From Octopus sinensis (Eukaryota), in assembly GCF_006345805.1 (NCBI RefSeq), contig NC_043002.1, positions 17,670,001-17,734,000 on the forward strand: a stretch of 64,000 nucleotides of DNA. Direction: 5' to 3'. A program made the position numbers and the translations under genes. The notes beneath the pieces are model-generated. The model saw nothing but the letters and a program-made list of their open reading frames with translations, had not been told where the DNA came from and made no database searches. Below, piece after piece: positions 27,206-40,351 of this stretch; positions within the stretch are counted from its first letter, which is position 1; the number at the start of each line of letters is the position of its first letter.

Positions 27206-27345
27206 TAGAGACAGACAGAGAGAAAGATAGACATACAGAAAGATAGATAGATAGATAGATACATAGATAGGCAGATAGATAGATAGAGAGAGACAGACAG
27301 ACAGATAGACATACAGGAAGATAGATAGATAGTTAGATAGATATG
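27085..27345. repeat. (GATA)n microsatellite
   Basis: Read directly. Confidence 0.95.
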
Positions 27346-27620
27346 TTTCTTTATTAGCCACACAGGGCTGCACACAGATAGAACAAATTACAAGGTAGAG
27401 CTTTTCTTTTGAAGGTTTAAAAAAAAAAAAAAAGGAAGGGGGAGTTTCGATCAAAAGGGATCGTAAAAGGAGAGAAAGAGGACAAAAAAAGGGGGGTTAA
27501 AAAAAGGGGGAGAGGAAGAAAAAAAAAATTGATCAATAGGGATCGTTATCACAGAAATGTCAATATAAGTGTAAAGGGGAGGACAGGTGAGGTTTACCCG
27601 TGGAAAGAAAAGCCTACAGA
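27340..27620 (-). mobile_element. Probable LINE 3' UTR fragment
   Basis: Pyrimidine-rich minus strand ending GGCTAATAAAGAAAC followed by a (TATC)n tail; family not identified. Confidence 0.35.
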
Positions 27621-27624
27621 TAGT

Positions 27625-27704
<80 letters not shown>

Positions 27705-27816
27705 CAGACACACAGATAGACAGACAGGCGGACAGATAGATATATAAATAGATACATACATACATACGTACGTACGTACGTACATACATACATACATACA
27801 TACATACATACATACA

Positions 27817-27847
<31 letters not shown>

Positions 27848-27850
27848 GTA
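27618..27850. repeat. (GATA)n/(CATA)n microsatellite
   Basis: Read directly. Confidence 0.95.
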
Positions 27851-28829
27851 CATTGTTTGCTGGTCTGTGAATCACAACTGAAGGACATGTTTGTGAAACA
27901 TATACCAGTGAATTTATTTCTATAAAGTTTTTAATTATTTCAATGTTATGAGAAGACTGGTCGGTGAACTGTCAGAATCGCTAGGACAAATAAGTACACA
28001 GGTATAAATAAGTACAAGCTGAACACTGGAGTTGTTGAAATCGATTGCTGGCCTACTGCTAAAATTTTGAAACCAAACTAGTTTGGGGCTTAAATATATC
28101 TGAACAAGAGAGCAGCACACCGAGTGTTAAATCGTTGTAAAATGGTTTTGTCGACGCGTAACCATTTTTGATGGAAAATATAATTTTGTACGTAATTTTC
28201 TAATTAACTGGTATAAGAATGAGTGCGATAAATCCCAGGCTGCACTGTTAAATGAATAGTGATAATTCCACCTTTGTCAATAATATATTTGATCGTATAT
28301 GTTCATACAATCAAATCGATTGAAAAAGATCATATGATCACTTAACACTAATTAGAATATTAACACACTTCAAACAGATATTATTTAGTGCAGATCTAGA
28401 TTTTGGATACACTATCCATTAAGCAAAATTCGTGTTTTCCGTACAAGAATTTAAGAGATTAAATACAACATAGCGGTCGTCTTATTTGGTATTGCGATGA
28501 TTATTTTTAATATTGTTAGTTTCTGTTGTAATTAATATATACATTATACCAGCTGATATTGTAGTTAATTGACAGTTTAATTAGAAACAATTATTGAACA
28601 CCAGTACGACATTTTAAATATCTTTTTAAAGCTATATTTATATGCATACGAATAATATATTGCAATAAAAAGGGATGATACATGAAACATCACAACATAT
28701 ATGTTCTCGCTTTTGATTCAGCACGATATATCTTTAGTTTGGCAGTAGTTTTTCTCAACCTCCCCCTAGTCAAGTTATGCACAAACATAAAGAACATGTG
28801 AAACATAATCTTATGATTGTTGAATCGTT

Positions 28830-29560
28830 CATATATTTTGGGAGTGTAGTGAATAATGATGGAGTGTTAGTTGCAGAAATGTCTTTAAGTATTCAAAAGG
28901 TAGGTTGTTTAGATCCTCCGGTCTGATCCCAAACACATACCAGCAATGAAACAGAAATATCCCGTTATAATTATTTTGTGACATCCCCTCTTCTATACTC
29001 TTCTCAAACTAGGACATGTTACAAGCATCACTTCGAACTCCTGGAACGATTCCATCAAAAGTTCTTACGCTGTATTCTCAAAACAGAATGGAATTCATTC
29101 ACTCTGACTTTTAGATTCTTGCTGCATTTGACGCCATTTGTTGATCCAGATTATAATTTTGAAGAATTTCGCAGTGCTGTGGATATATTGTCCATATGGT
29201 CAACGAGCGTGCACTTAAATATTTTATGGGGAACTCGTTCAGTGAAACAGGAAACAGTGTAAGCCATACTTCGGTTTCAAGCTTGCATCGAAGAAAAACT
29301 TGAAGGCTGAAATAGATACAAAAAGAAGCCTGAAAAGTTTCACAGTGGATTGCTGTATTTACATTTCACAATATAGGATGGAGTGAAAACTTTTGAGCAA
29401 AATAGGGAAATACAAGTAAATATTAAGATGAAAATACGAACAGAAAACAAGGAAAAGAATATGAACCTGATGGAACTTTTCTACATGTACATTTTATGAC
29501 AATCTGCAGTTTGTAGGTTGGACTTAAATCTCACATAAGAGACAACAACTGCGCCAACGT
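28830..29560 (+). mobile_element. RTE-clade LINE 3' part, decayed
   Basis: YFGSVVNNDG, LLYSSQTRTCYKHHFELLERFHQKFLRCILKTEW, YGEL..KRKQCKPYLRF, GLKSHIR: typical post-RT RTE motifs. Confidence 0.8.
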
Positions 29561-29998
29561 ACCTATCATTTCATCTTTAGCAATGCTACACATGCAACTG
29601 GCACACCTAAAGTAGGTGGGAAAAAGCATTTCAAGCTTCAGGAAGTCCGGACACAACTTTCAATTTTAGCTGCACCAATATAATTGTGTATTCAAGTGGA
29701 CATTTTTTTAAAAGTGCCACTGCTCTGAGGATACCACGCCAGCACTGAGCAACGTACAGCTCGTTTTCTCTGTCTCACTTGCATTTAAACCAACAACGGA
29801 TTATAACAAGTATAGTTGGCATCAATGCTGATGATTTGGGATAAGATTTCGTTACAATTTATTTGATGAAAATTCATTAATTATGTATTTTAACCATGTA
29901 ATTATACATTATTCAAGCTTATTCTTCCTGAAACAGATAGTGAAATTATTTTAATAATGATATATCGGAAAAATGTACGCTTTTCTACATTTTCTACT

Positions 29999-30423
29999 AT
30001 AGGCGCAGGAGTGGCTGTGTGGTAAGTAGCTTGCTAACCAACCACATGGTTCCAAGTTCAGTCCCACTGCGTGGCATCTTGGGCAAGTGTCTTCTGCTAT
30101 GGCCCCGGGCCGACTAATGCCTTGTGAGTGGATTTGGTAGACGGAAACTGAAAGAAGCCTGTCGTATACATGTATATATATATATATGTGTGTGTATGTG
30201 TGTGTTTGTGTGTCTGTGTTTTTCCCCCTAGCATTGCTTGACAACCGATGCTGGTGTGTTTACGTCCCCGTCACTTAGCGGTTCGGCAAAAGAGACCGAT
30301 AGAATAAGTACTGGGCTTACAAAGAATAAGTCCCGGGGTCGATTTGCTCGACTAAAGGCGGTGCTCCATCATGGCCGCAGTCAACTGACTGAAACAAGTA
30401 AAAGAGTAAAAGAGTAAAAGAGA
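29999..30423 (+). mobile_element. SINE family A, full length
   Basis: GGCGCAGGAGTGGCTGTGTGGTAAG (A-box-like), GGTTCCAAGTTCAGTCCC (B-box-like), CTTGGGCAAGTGTCTT, internal (TA)(TG), (GTAAAAGA)3 tail. Confidence 0.95.
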
Positions 30424-30600
30424 TGGAAATGATATATACATTATCTAATGACATTTATACAAGGCAACAAAATAAATCGAATAGATTTAACATGTAGCTG
30501 AACCTACAGAAATGGATTGATTTACTAATCTGTATTAACTTATTATTTTGTACGGTACATATGTGCATAATATCTGTTGAACATACGTGATATTCGTTTA

Positions 30601-30752
30601 AAATTTGGGTACAAGGCCAGCAATCTCAAAAGAGAGGGCAAGTCGATTACAACAACCCCACTGTTCAACTGGTACTTATTTTATCAGCGCCGAAAGGATA
30701 AAAGGCAAAGTTGACTTTGGCGGTATTTGAACTCAGATCGTGAAGACGTGCT
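30601..30752 (-). mobile_element. SINE family C, degenerate
   Basis: CTGGTACTTATTTTATC..CCGAAAGGATAAAAGGCAAAGTTGAC..ATTTGAACTCAGA. Confidence 0.7.
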
Positions 30753-32765
30753 CACTGCTTTAAGCCCAAAACTAATTTAATCTGTAAACCAGTGTGTTCG
30801 ATATAAAAGCAACTCGGACAGTATACAAGACGTCATCCAGTATTGTTTGACACTGCGTTAATTTTTATCAAGTAGATCTCCGGTCAAATGTCTTCCTTTA
30901 TAACTATTAAATACCTTTGTTGTCAGATAATTATATTTAGGAATATGTGTATCCAATGTATTTTTAAGTGAGTGGTGTGTGGCTTTTCAAAGTGGAAGTT
31001 AAATTGCCACATTTAGATGGGTTTGATTTGTTTGCCGTCAAGAAATCGTTTATCTGTGTAACAAGCATGACAATGACACGTTTCTAAACGCCATTACTCG
31101 CACTGTTTCAAGCGCATATTCTGGGATTGCATAATATAATGTTGTAAGCGGCGGAATCAGTATAAGATAGATTACTGTCCTCTAGGCCGGAAATTCTTAG
31201 GTGGAATTCTCCTGAGAGATTGCATATTTAATTGAAATACCCGCTTCTCATAAAGAGAATGAGAACTAACGCTATGGAAATTCCTCGAAGAAAAATTCAG
31301 TGTACAGATATTATATTATATTATATTATTAAATTTTATGTTTTGTATACCTATTTACCCTCATATATACTGTTGTAACATTCTATGATTTGTGAAGGGG
31401 TTTTAACTTCTTTCTACAGTTAAATAAGTTTACCTGTTATAGAACCAATTATCTCATTTTTTTGCCTTTTGTCCCTGGTTTTCAGTCAAATGTGTACCTC
31501 TTTCTCTGATAAAATCTGAATTTACTTTAATTGTGGGTTCATTGTTGAATGATTTTATCATGACCAACTTAACTGTTTTCTAGGATGAAGTATTATGAAG
31601 CTTCTATTTTATATAAAAGTACCCTACATTTTTAGGGCTTGAATTGGTTTTTATATGCCTCTCTTACTTGGTCCTTATATCCCTTTCTAAATTTTTAAAT
31701 TTTACTATTTATTATACAAAGTACAATAATATATAAATTTTGCTATATTTTGGATATTATTTTCCCCAAGCACCCTTAATGCTCATTTAGATCTCATTGT
31801 GACCTCTTTGTCCATTTTAGTCCCCTTTTAACTGATAATAATAAATAGTTTATGTTTCCCCTACTCTCCCTCTTTCTGGGCATATACCACTATCTTATTG
31901 ATATATATATATATATAAGTATTTGACCAGTTAATATATGTTACTATTTAAATGATCAGCATAAATTGTAATTGAGCGGTTAGTACATAAATATAAGTTT
32001 GCTAAGCGCTAAATCTTTCGAAACATCCGAAGATTTGTCATATCTAATCATATGATTACACTAATATTTCCAGACAATTAATCTGAGTAACTTATTGAGC
32101 AAGAACGCAATTAAAACTATTATTCTTATGCCGAAGACATATTCCTGATTAATGAAATTTTGTGAAATATCTTAAAGATAATTTACGATATAACCTTTAA
32201 ATAACCATTTGTTAATTCATTAAGTTGATGTATAATGCAAACGAGAGGAATTAATCTCAAAATATCGTAATTATTTATAGGAAATTCCTTGGGTTCAGCA
32301 TGAAGTAATTATTTGAGTAATAACAAGGTGGTCATTTATTCATAAATAACTTCTTACTTCAAGCAATAAGAAATGAACAGATTGCTACGTTGGAAACAGG
32401 TGGTCTTAACCCTGCTACCAAACAGATGCATAGCAATTATAATTAATTCTGGTTTTAGAAAATATATGACACGAACCAGAATGGGGAGTTAATTAGTATG
32501 TCTCTCTTCAACACCCCAGGATACTTATCATTATAGCCGTCAAAATTGTCATCTCAACTACGAAACGTCTAGAAAAGTTTGACGCTATGGAATTGCCATT
32601 GTCATATGATTAGAAGAGAATAAAACGCAAGACATACGGTACAGGTACACACAAATACATACACAAACATACACGAACACACACACACATGTATGCATAC
32701 ATTCATACATGCAAGCATATGTACACACACGTACATGAATACATATCTACATACATACAAACACT

Positions 32766-33165
32766 AGGGCCCTGGGATATGTAACATACTGCCTAAATAC
32801 CAATGACGAGAAATTAGGCTTCTCAAAACCAGCGAGGAGAATGCTAATTCGAAGACTTCAGATCCAATCCATCATTGGAATTGTAAAAATCTGTAAAACA
32901 TTCCAGACGTTTATCATTTAAATATATATATGTGTATGTCTAGATATGCAATTATATCCATGAGATTACATACATAGAGCAAAACATAAAAATCTGGACA
33001 CATGCACACATACATACGTACATACATACCAACAAATATACCTTGTAGTTGATGTGGAAGTTCCAATGAAGGAGCCCTCAATCTAGGTTAGAAACAGGAT
33101 CTTTCTCTATTGGCAAGAAATCTTGAACTAAAACTGAATAATAACATACATACATACATACACAT
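32766..33165 (+). mobile_element. RLE-type (HERO/R4-like) LINE 3' end
   Basis: ALGYVTYCLNTNDEKLGFSKPARRMLIRRLQIQSIIGIVKICKTFQTFII* (stop 32921) resembles the G(A)LG..LQ...G..KI C-terminus of restriction-like-endonuclease LINEs; 3' UTR and (TACA)n tail follow. Confidence 0.6.
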
Positions 33166-33214
33166 TACTGACAACTACTAATGTAACACATATTGGTACA
33201 AACAGAATTTAATT

Positions 33215-33600
33215 ATCAACAGGCATATTCCACAGTGATAGTATATCTGTAATACTGTTTGCACTTGCAGTGGATTCTTTGTCCGTTCTGTTAACAAAAT
33301 GCCAAGGCTACATGCTGGGATATGCACAAAAGAATAAAGTTAATGTTACCCACTTATTTTTTGTTGATTACCAAATGTTATATTCTGGTAATATGACCAA
33401 TATCAACAGACAATTGAAATTAGCTACAATGTTCTCATAAGTTATAGGAATGAACTTTGGGCAAGATAATGTGGCAACATTTGAAATATTGTCTAGGTAA
33501 ATGCAGCTGATGAAGACTAAGCAAATTTACGTTGTCAAACGTATTTGAAGAGTCAGAAATCGGTCCTGCATTATCCGATTCTAGGTTGTCCATTTATCAG
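33215..33600 (+). pseudogene. RLE-type LINE reverse transcriptase fragment
   Basis: GIFHSDSISVILFALAVDSLS..GY..VTHLFFVDYQMLY..FS*VIGMNFGQDNVA fits GIFQGDSLSP..HLLYMDDLKLY..DIGM.FG.DKC. Confidence 0.7.
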
Positions 33601-33740
33601 ATGTTCTTCCTAGAGGTAAGACAATCTTTTTTCATGTTTGTTGCACACACGCGTCTTTGCTAGTACATACGCAGTGAAGCTATATTTATTACGATTGCTA
33701 TTTTCCAGTACATATTGGTGCCTTTTGTACCATTTATCTA

Positions 33741-33807
<67 letters not shown>

Positions 33808-34848
33808 TTGTGTGTATGTACGTATGTATATGTGTGTGAGAGTGCATATGTTTATGTATAGATTGACAGACAGACAGACAGACATAGATATAGTTTCAAC
33901 ATGCTATCTTGATGGTATCATACTTCTCATTAATGTTGGTTTATTTGGTTATATTGTACCAAAGGAAATGGAAGGAACAATTTTATGTGCTTTCGCCGAA
34001 CAGTGTATGTTTCTTCACTATATTTATCATCACTTTTAATTCTTTTTAACTATGATAGAGCGGAAACGAACATGACGCCTTTGCTATTTATGAAGGAGTA
34101 ACGCGCCATTATTGGCATTTATATGTAACGATGTTGCCTACAATTTGAGCCCAAGATCTGCAAAAATCGAAAACAAATCTGCTTTCATATCTTACATCAT
34201 TTAGTCTCATTTAATCATAAACTAGTATCATGTTTTCATTGCTGCAATATTATCAACAGTCAACTTTTTAAATCTATTTACATTAAACACGAATCCTAAT
34301 TTAACTAGCCATTGTATACCTAAAAAATTCAGCTCCGTATCCCAAATAAGACACAAGTTTTAAACTCGAAGTGTTTTATTCTTCATGTTATATATTTACA
34401 TCATTAGATTCGTTTCAGTATCTTCTGCCATCTTTGGCAAATTCATTATTTCCAGCTCAGAGAATTTTCTTTCTTTTGCGGCGAAAGCACATCAAGAGGA
34501 ACTTTTACATCTTTTCTCCATTTTGTTTTTGTTCTCCAATTTTCAAGGTGATCCTAAACACACAAAATACAACCTGTCTCGTCAGAAGTTCGCATCGAAG
34601 TACTTCGAGTGGTCGAGAGCACATGTGAAAGGAATTGAATGAAGTTAGCTTCTTATCATTATTGTAATTTAGTATCGACAAAAACCGAACAGACATTTTG
34701 GCCAACCCAATAAAATGGGAAATCTAAATAATATGAACGCATCGGAACATAAATTCGATTAGTTCCAGCCGACCGGGCTTACAACAAAATCAAAGTATCA
34801 TTATAAGAAATTAGGAAAGAGGATAGCAAACACAGTCGTTAGTAGGCC

Positions 34849-35030
34849 GAATAAAACGCTTAGAAGCATTTCTTCCGGCTTCACATTCTTCTTCCGGCTT
34901 CACATTTTTCTTGCGGCTTCACATTCTTCTTCCGGCTCCACCTCTCCTCGTTTCAGCGTCGATAAATTGCATACAAGTCAAGCATTGCAGTCGACCAAAT
35001 CGACTAACCACACCCGCAAAAATTTCAGGA
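34849..35030 (+). mobile_element. SINE family C, degenerate, with internal 19-bp tandem repeat
   Basis: AAAACGCTTAGAAGCATTTC head; TTCTTCCGGCTTCACATTC x4 at 34870-34945; CGTCGATAAATT..GTCGAC..AATCGACT. Confidence 0.6.
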
Positions 35031-35046
35031 TTTCTTCCTATAGCGA

Positions 35047-35442
35047 AGAGGAACAGGAGTGGCTGTGTGGTAAGTAGCTTACTTACGAACCATATTGTTC
35101 CGGGTTCAGTCCCACTGCGTAGTACCTTGGGCAAATTTCTTCTACTATAGCTTCGGACCGATCAAAGCCTTGTGAGTGGATTTGGTAGATGGAAACTGAA
35201 AGAAGCTCGTCGTATATATGTATATATATGTTTGTGTGTATGTCTGTCCCCCTCCAACATCACTTGGCAACCAATGCTGGTGTGTTTACGTCCCCGTAAC
35301 TTAGCGGTTCGGCAAAAGAGACCGATAAAATAAGTACTAGGCTTACAAAGAATAAGTCCTGGGGTCGACCTGCTCAACTAAAGGCAGTGCTCCAGCATGG
35401 CCTCAGTCAGATGACTGAAACAAGTAAAAGAGTAAAAGAGTA
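35047..35442 (+). mobile_element. SINE family A
   Basis: Matches 29999-30423. Confidence 0.92.
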
Positions 35443-36029
35443 TTAGCATTTATGGCTAACGCAAAGTACCAAAGCAATAATTGATCCCTTCTACATTATA
35501 TCTTGATGCCCAACTCAATATGAGTGATGTTTGTTATCTCGTTCCTGTTTTACATTGAATACGTTTGCACATACAGAAGGCAAACAACTCAGATTCTTCC
35601 TCCAATATGTTACCACTATGTTTCCGTTAATGCAAACACATCTACAACGATTTACAAACGAACGAAATTCTTCCAATTTAATTCTACTAATTAATATTGC
35701 ATTCAGACCCATATGCTAGTTGTCAATGATTTTTTTTCGGACAAGTATGTGGGTACATAGGTGTACGTAGTGTTTAAATACGTGTGTATAGACAGACAGA
35801 TAGATAGATAGGTATGTATGCATGTGTGCATGCACACATACACACATATATATATAAACGCACACACAAACATAACCACACACACACATATATATTGATG
35901 TGTGTGTGTGTAAACTAAAATTAAATCAATAGTAGAACAAGGACAGTAAAAAAAATAACAGTATTGAGCAAGTTAATTAGCTAAAACATTACAATTACCG
36001 AGCAGAAATGGCATCGACTAATAATACCA

Positions 36030-36071
<42 letters not shown>

Positions 36072-36355
36072 ATGTCTGTGTGTGTATGTCAGAGTGTGTG
36101 TCCGCGCGTCCATGTGTATGTATGAGTGTGCGTATAATTATGCATATATACATGTTTGTGCGTGTTTTTATCCATGTATGTATTTATGTAGAAATATTCA
36201 TACATACATTAAACCTACGCAAGTAATGATAATTTAGTTTCTAGGGGAGCATTATTAGGGGACAGGTTTTACATTTGTGTTAGGCTTTACATAAATGAGG
36301 GAGGGGCGGGAGAAAGTCAGGGGAAGAAAAAATGAGATAAAAGAATGCATAATAT

Positions 36356-36783
36356 AGGCGCAGGAGTGGCTGTGTGGTAAGTAGCTTGCTAACCAACCAC
36401 ATGGTTCCGGGTTCAGTCCCACTGCGTGGCATCTTGGGCACGTGTCTTCTGCTATAGCTCCGGGCCGACCAATGCCTTGTGAGTGGATTTGGTAGACGGA
36501 AACTGAAAGAAGCCTGTCGTACACACTTATATATATATATATATAAGTGTGTGTGAATATGTTTGTGTGTCTGTGTTTGTTCCCCTAGCATTGCTTGACA
36601 ACCGATGCTGGTGTGTTTACGTCCCCGTCACTTAGCGGTTCGGCAAAAGAGACCGATAGAATAAGTACTGGGCTTACAGAGAATAAGTCCCGGGGTCGAT
36701 TTGCTCGACTAAAGGCGGTGCTCCAGCATGGCCGCAGTCAAATGACTGAAACAAGTAAAAAGAGTAAGAAGAGAAAAAGAGAA
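36356..36783 (+). mobile_element. SINE family A, full length, little diverged
   Basis: Matches 29999-30423 closely. Confidence 0.95.
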
Positions 36784-37278
36784 TAGAAAATATGTAAATA
36801 CAACTTCCAGCTAGTCACTCAAGTAACCCTACGAGCCGGTGATCCGCTGAACCCAAAGGAATCAAGGGCTTGTGTGACGGTTGTTCTCTTGTCTTGAAGT
36901 GCACACTTAGGGCAGGTTCATTCACCTTCATTGTGTCTTTGCCACCATCACCCATCTGATGAGAAATTGATTCGTACATGGGACTTACCATTCCGCCATC
37001 ACTTTCCTTTCCAAGCTGAAATTAAAGAACTTCTACATGGAAGAAGGTATCAGGCTCGTCTACCAAAGTCACCATAGAAAGAACACTACATCCATTACTT
37101 GGTTGAAGATGGGCGGTGCTGTTCGATAGTCGGACTCGCCCTATAAGTAATGCTCGAAAACATGCAGTATAGTTTAGTCACCCTGCTCACGGTCTCCAAA
37201 TTTGGCACAGGACCAACAGTTTTGGTAAGAGTGGGGCAAATCGATCACATCGATCTTAATATTTGATTGGAGCATCAA

Positions 37279-37497
37279 CGGAGAGCTGCCAGAATAGTTA
37301 TCACGTCGATAACAATATTTAGCGGCATTTCATCCGTTTTTACAATCTGAGCTCAAATTCCGCCGAGGTCGACTTTGCCTTTAATCGTTTCGGCATCGAT
37401 AAAATAAATACCTGTTAAAGACAGGGGTCGATGAAGTAGACTTACCCACCAACTCCTAAAATTGCTGGCCTTGTGCCAAATGTTTGAAACCAACATT
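37279..37497 (+). mobile_element. SINE family C
   Basis: CAAATTCCGCCGAGGTCGACTTTGCCTTT..GATAAAATAAATACC..GGGGTCGATG..GCTGGCCTTGTGCCAAA. Confidence 0.8.
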
Positions 37498-37669
37498 TAT
37501 TAGGTATATACTTTATCCATTCCGAAAATAGAAAAAAAGCTAAGTAGACCTCAGAGGAATTTGGAAAAGGAAAAGAAAAAGCTGGAAGAAATTCTGGTAA
37601 TCATTTTGTTCCACATGCTAATGGTTCTGTCATCTTGCTGACTTAGTAATAATAATAATTCTTCTAATA

Positions 37670-38115
37670 TAGGCAGAGCGTTTGGCATTTTGGAGGCGGG
37701 AGGGGCAGTAGATTACATCGGCAACCAATGCTCAACTTGGTATTTACTTTACCGACTTCGAAACGACGAATGGCTGAGTCGACTTCGGTGGAATTTGAAC
37801 ACAGACCGTGATGACGGACGAAATGCCGCTGAGCAGTGTGTCTGGCGTGCTAACGATTTTTCCATCTTTCCTCCTTATATATATTTCTTTACTACCCACA
37901 AGGGGCTAAACACAGAGGGGACAAACAAGGACAGAGAAACGGATTAAGTCGATTACATCGACCCCAGTGAGTAACTAGTACTTAATTTATCGACCCCGAA
38001 AGGAGGAAATGCAAAGTCGACCTCGGCGGAATTTCAACTCGGAAGGTAACGACAGACAAAATACGGCTACGCATTTCGCCCGGCGTGCTAACGTTTCTGC
38101 CAGCTCGCCGCCTTG
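37670..38115 (-). mobile_element. Two adjacent SINE family C copies (37670-37878 and 37882-38115)
   Basis: Both match the reverse complement of GGCGAGCTGGCAGAAACGTTAGCACGCCGGGCGAAATG..GAGGTCGACTTTGC..GGGGTCGAT; their tails differ. Confidence 0.85.
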
Positions 38116-38653
38116 TAATAATCATATTATTATTTTTTTTTTTTTTAATCATACAAATAAGAACAGATGTTGATGACGATGATGATCATGATGAGGGGGA
38201 GGAGGAGGGGTGGGGGAGAAGGAGGAGGAAAGGAATAGGAGTTATTCGAAGACGAAAATGAGGAATTTGACGATCACGACGACGGTGACAGTCGTAGTAG
38301 CAATAACGATAGGAAGAAGTATAACTCGATTTGTTCCGCGTATTGTAAATGTTAGCCCAATTTGATTACATATACCGATGGTGAGAATATAATATAACAA
38401 GTATTGATATTGATCTTAGGATTTTATACTTATTTATTTATCTATTTTGTTTATGCATTAATTTATTGGTTTCAAAAAATATCAATTTGATTATTGATAC
38501 AATGCTTTTTTTTCTCGCATAACATTAAGGAAATCGAATCGACTTTACAAGTCAGGGTGGAATGATTATACAGGTTTTTATAATAGCACAGCATATGTCT
38601 GCATATGTCTGATGTAAGTACGTGTGATTGTGTGTGTGTATATATATATATAC

Positions 38654-38708
<55 letters not shown>

Positions 38709-38709
38709 G

Positions 38710-38748
<39 letters not shown>

Positions 38749-38844
38749 ATGTGCATGTATATAATTACATACACATACACACACACACACATATTGATAC
38801 GAGTCCAGCAACTTCGGAAGAGTGTATAAGTCAATTACATTGGT

Positions 38845-38992
38845 ACTAGTGTTCAACTGGTACTTATTTTATAGACGGCAAAAGGATGAAAGCCAAATTG
38901 GTCCTCCGCAAGATTAGAACTTAGAGGGCAAAGACGGATAAGAATGCTGCTGAGCATTTTGTCCGGCGTGATAACTATTCAGACAGCTCGCA
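38845..38992 (-). mobile_element. SINE family C, degenerate
   Basis: CAACTGGTACTTATTTTAT..AAAGGATGAAAG..CATTTTGTCCGGCGTG. Confidence 0.6.
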
Positions 38993-39879
38993 TCCCAATG
39001 TTTTAACAGAGTTGACAAATTGCAGGAATTGTTCGAACATCGACACGTTCGAATAATTTTAAGTCAAGTTTGTTAGTCGATTACATTTATTAGAATACAT
39101 GGCAGGCGAAACGATTGGCAGAGTCAGCGAGATTTGAACTCAAAATGTAAAGAGACATAAGAAATAATAGGACAGTCTTTATTTTTTCCCGATGCTCTAA
39201 AGCCTTTCTCAATCCAGAGCTCTGCTGATATGTACTAATAGAAACTTCTCATTAACATGTAACTAAATATGCGTATAGGCCTTGGTGCGTCTCACATAAT
39301 AGCGCATGGAAGACGGCTCACAATTCTTGACAGAGTAGATATACAGTTGTGAGGCGGCGATGTGTTAGAGCCTGTAGATGAATCCAATTCTGCTCAGATT
39401 TAGCGCAATATGTTTGAAGATATTTTGGAAATCATCTTACTAATGTTTTTGCTTAGGACTTTCAGATAATTAGGGATTAGATTCTTTATGACTGACATTA
39501 CCACATTTAGTTTTCAACAATGCCTATATTGTCTTATTTCGAAATGGAGCTCCAGAATTTTCCCCTCTAGAAATTCAGGGACGATGCAATCTGTAGTCAG
39601 CGTATCAGTAAAGAGTTATATTTTATCACAAAATATAAACCCCTTTTGAATGTGTCCACCACAAATTATACTATTACAAGGGCCTTAGAGATATACCCAC
39701 ACAAATACTAAAAACAATATATTCAGAACATCACTACCCACGAATTTATTCAGAACAATTCCAATCACTACTATTACATCAAAACAGGTCACTTTTATGT
39801 CACTTGACCATTTAAGAGGATTCCACCACCATCCTACTATGGTCATACCACACACGTATTTTTTATACTTTTTCTCTTC

Positions 39880-40350
39880 TGTTCGTTCTTCTTCTTCTTC
39901 TTCTTCTTCTTCTTCTTCTCTTCTTCTTCTCCTTCTTCTCTCTATCTTCTTCTTCTTCTTCTTCTTCTTCTTCTTTCTTCGTCTGTCTTCTTCTTCTCTT
40001 CTTCTTCTTCTTCTTATTCTTCTTCTTCTTCTTCTTCTATCTTCGCTTCTCTCTTCTTCTTCTTCTTCTTCTTCTTCTTCTTCTTCTTCTTCTTCTTCTT
40101 CTTCTTCTTCTTCTTCTTCTTCTCTCTTCTTCTCTTCTTCTCTTCTTCTTCTTCTTCTCTCTTCGTCTTTCTTCTTCTTCTTCTCTCTTCTTCTACTCTT
40201 TCTTCTTCAGATTCTTCTTCTTCTTCTTCTTCTTCTATTCTTCTTCTTCTCTTCTCTATTCTTCTTCTTCTTCTTCTTCTTCTCCTTCTTCTTCTTCTTC
40301 TTCTTCTTCTTCTCTTCTTCTTCTATTCTACTTCTTCTTCTTCTCTCGTC
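39880..40350. repeat. Decayed (CTT)n polypyrimidine tract
   Basis: Read directly; source of the S/L/F ORF at 39797. Confidence 0.95.
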
Positions 40351-40351
40351 T

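Noticed and set aside
31330-31960. Possible decayed retroelement ORF on the minus strand
   Set aside because: Too degenerate to recognise any motif.
33270-33500. Apparent host exon with acceptor and donor
   Set aside because: Translates as a decayed RLE-LINE reverse transcriptase.
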